The translations under genes and the position numbers were made by a program. A DNA stretch of 63,527 bases, counting the filler, from Octopus bimaculoides (lineage: Eukaryota), in the NCBI RefSeq assembly GCF_001194135.2. It is 4 parts of 3 records of this genome, joined end to end, with 100 filler letters (N's around TTAATTAATTAA, not from the genome) between each part and the next. Parts side by side here need not be neighbours in the genome. Positions count along the whole stretch, not along the records: positions 56,296 to 63,527 come from NC_068993.1; 3 more parts are not named here. One strand, given 5' to 3'. A model generated the notes under the pieces. The model worked only from the letters and a program-made list of their open reading frames with translations. It had not been told where the DNA came from and searched no databases. Shown one piece after another: positions 61,045-63,527 of this stretch (position 1 is its first letter; the number at the start of each line of letters is the position of its first letter).

Positions 61045-61650
61045 TTTGAACTTTTAAAAGTCCATGTCCAGTGTGGAACACTAAAACCTACTTTGCACGA
61101 GGGAAGAGATGTGGTACTGTAAAGGTGATATTTTCCACAGAGGAAGAAGCAAGAAAGCACCAGAAATGGACATCTGTTGGTTGGTGACGGCTGTCCTCCT
61201 GGACAAACAGACATCGTACAAGTGTGGAAACTGCATAAACAAAACTAGTCAGGGAAAAGTTTAGAGTTGTAGGTGCAAATGAATAACGAAAGTCTAGAAA
61301 CAATTCCGGACATCATAAATTTACCACATGGCACCAACCTCCACGTGGCCGGTTTGGGTAGAAAGCTGAGGTGTCACCTATGTTGGGACCAAAATGGACA
61401 CACGGTACTCGTGCCCGAGAACATGTGTGCGGCATTTTAACATCATTTCGGCCAACTGTTTGAGACGAATGGTACGAGGTGACGAGCGGGGTGATCAATC
61501 TCACCCCGAAATGGGCCAAGAGAAAGCAATCCCTAAAAGGTCGGGCAGGGGTGGCCAATGCCTACATCGCCTCCATCATATATTATAGCCTGGCCGTTGT
61601 GCCTTGTCCCAGTTTGCGTGTGAGCATACTGGAGCGCATACACTTGTTTT
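61045..61650 (+). mobile_element. Tx1/L1-clade LINE remnant, apparently internally deleted
   Basis: KWAKRKQSLKGRAGVANAYIASIIYYSLAVVPCP fits the post-RT W..R.LSL.GR motif; upstream YFARGKRCGTVKVIFSTEEEA is RRM-like (weaker). Confidence 0.6.
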
Positions 61651-61651
61651 C

Positions 61652-61897
61652 TGTAGAAACAACAAATGGATGTATTAGTATAACGCTCGGGAATAGAGAA
61701 AGTCTTTAACGTTTCGAGCCTACGCTCTTCAACTGAAAGGAACACAGAAAGAAACAAGGAGAGAAACAAACAAGAACGCAATACGTCCAAACAGTGAGGT
61801 AATACAAAAAAGGGAGAACAAAACATCCAGACAGACGATACAAAGAAAACCAGGACGGGTCATTCGGAGTTTTCTATCCTCAGTCGAGTTCCAGATT
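61652..61897 (-). mobile_element. Same repeat, longer copy, hammerhead-like motif at 61704-61739
   Basis: CTTT CAGTTGA A GAGC GTAG GCTC GAAAC GTT AAAG; near-identical to the 46.3-kb copy over about 110 bp. Confidence 0.65.
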
Positions 61898-62454
61898 NNN
61901 NNNNNNNNNNNNNNNNNNNNNNNNNNNNNNNNNNNNNNNNNNNNNNNNNNNNNNNNNNNNNNNNNNNNNNNNNNNNNNNNNNNNNNNNNNNNNNNNNNNN
62001 NNNNNNNNNNNNNNNNNNNNNNNNNNNNNNNNNNNNNNNNNNNNNNNNNNNNNNNNNNNNNNNNNNNNNNNNNNNNNNNNNNNNNNNNNNNNNNNNNNNN
62101 NNNNNNNNNNNNNNNNNNNNNNNNNNNNNNNNNNNNNNNNNNNNNNNNNNNNNNNNNNNNNNNNNNNNNNNNNNNNNNNNNNNNNNNNNNNNNNNNNNNN
62201 NNNNNNNNNNNNNNNNNNNNNNNNNNNNNNNNNNNNNNNNNNNNNNNNNNNNNNNNNNNNNNNNNNNNNNNNNNNNNNNNNNNNNNNNNNNNNNNNNNNN
62301 NNNNNNNNNNNNNNNNNNNNNNNNNNNNNNNNNNNNNNNNNNNNNNNNNNNNNNNNNNNNNNNNNNNNNNNNNNNNNNNNNNNNNNTATATATATATATA
62401 TATATGACCTTATGTTTTTTCGTGTTTTTTCTTGCTTGTTCATGTTTGGATTGA

Positions 62455-62489
<35 letters not shown>

Positions 62490-62508
62490 CATACATACAT
62501 ACATACAT

Positions 62509-62543
<35 letters not shown>

Positions 62544-63114
62544 GGCAGGCAGGCAGCCAGGCAGGCAGCCAGGCAGACACACACACACACACACACACAT
62601 AATGAAGATGTTGGTCGAGTGTAAATGAAATGAATATTGACAAGCGTCTTTGACCTATTGAAAGGCTTTGAGTGAAGCAGAGCAATTACTGGCGATACTA
62701 TCAGCCTAAATGCGGCATTTAGATTTAAAATAGATAACAGACATCAGTGCCTCCATGATTAATTCTTCTTTAATGATGTTAGGGACACAATTCAGTCTCG
62801 TATTGACTCATTTCATCCATTTCTCACCAAATGAATTAATACATAGCAACTGTTTCCTTCAGAGTAATTTAAAAGTCCCAGTTGAATGAATAACCATTTA
62901 TAAAAAGTGCTTATGGAAGGATAGTGACGTTAGATCTGTTTTATCGCTGTCTAAAACAAGATGTTATGGTACTTTATTCAGTCATAATTTATGCATGCTA
63001 TTATACATTTGGATCAAATACGTAAACGTGCGTGTGTGTGTGTGTGTATGTATTCTATTATTCTTTTATTCTCTTACTTGTTTCAGTCATCTGACTCCTA
63101 TATATATATTTCAA

Positions 63115-63317
63115 AATGTAACCACGTGTGAATCGTTGGCGATTTTCTTCCTCCGTCTTCCCTTTTTTTTTTTGGACTTTCCTCTATTTCTGAAGAAGAG
63201 CTTTTGCTCGAAATGTTAAATCCTCTTTCTTTCCTTTCCTGAACGTCTGATAATACATTATTTGTACCACGTCCGCGTTGTTGTTTTTTCATGTTTGTTC
63301 TTCTTTGGATTCACTAT

Positions 63318-63322
<5 letters not shown>
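63115..63322 (+). mobile_element. Related repeat with canonical hammerhead core (63186-63221)
   Basis: ATTT CTGAAGA A GAGC TTTT GCTC GAAAT GTT AAAT; ends at TATA(GATA)n; similar tail at about 62410-62460. Confidence 0.6.
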
Positions 63323-63367
<45 letters not shown>

Positions 63368-63527
63368 TCTTTTATTCTTGTTTCAGTCATTTGACTGCAG
63401 CAATACTGGAGCACCGCCTTTAGTCGAGCAAATCGACCCCAGGACGTATTCTTTGTAAGCCTAATACTTATTCTATAGTTCTCTTTTGCCGAACCGCTAA
63501 GTTATGGGGATGTAAGCACACCACCAT

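Overview
Animal genomic DNA, AT-rich, gapped and repeat-dense; the repeat content suggests a coleoid cephalopod, probably Octopus (inference). Bases 764-10370 (+) carry the last 11 coding exons of a RAD54B-type SNF2 helicase. They splice in frame through GT-AG introns to a TAA stop and an AATAAA. At about 20 kb there is a compact cluster of three tRNA-Thr genes (one TGT, two AGT). The rest is mostly mobile-element debris: RTE, R4/Dong-like (RLE) and Tx1-like LINE fragments, three tRNA-headed SINE families, mariner/Tc1, piggyBac, hAT and pogo-like remnants, and microsatellites. Best leads: (1) a dispersed repeat carrying Penelope/retrozyme-type minimal hammerhead ribozyme motifs, three copies of which share a non-canonical core; (2) a CpG-decay and repeat-composition boundary next to the tRNA cluster; (3) two long inverted-repeat structures; (4) orphan exon candidates for an unidentified gene in the microsatellite desert. 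Repeat coordinates are approximate (about 10-20 bp) and all alignments were done by eye; exon and tRNA coordinates were counted base by base.
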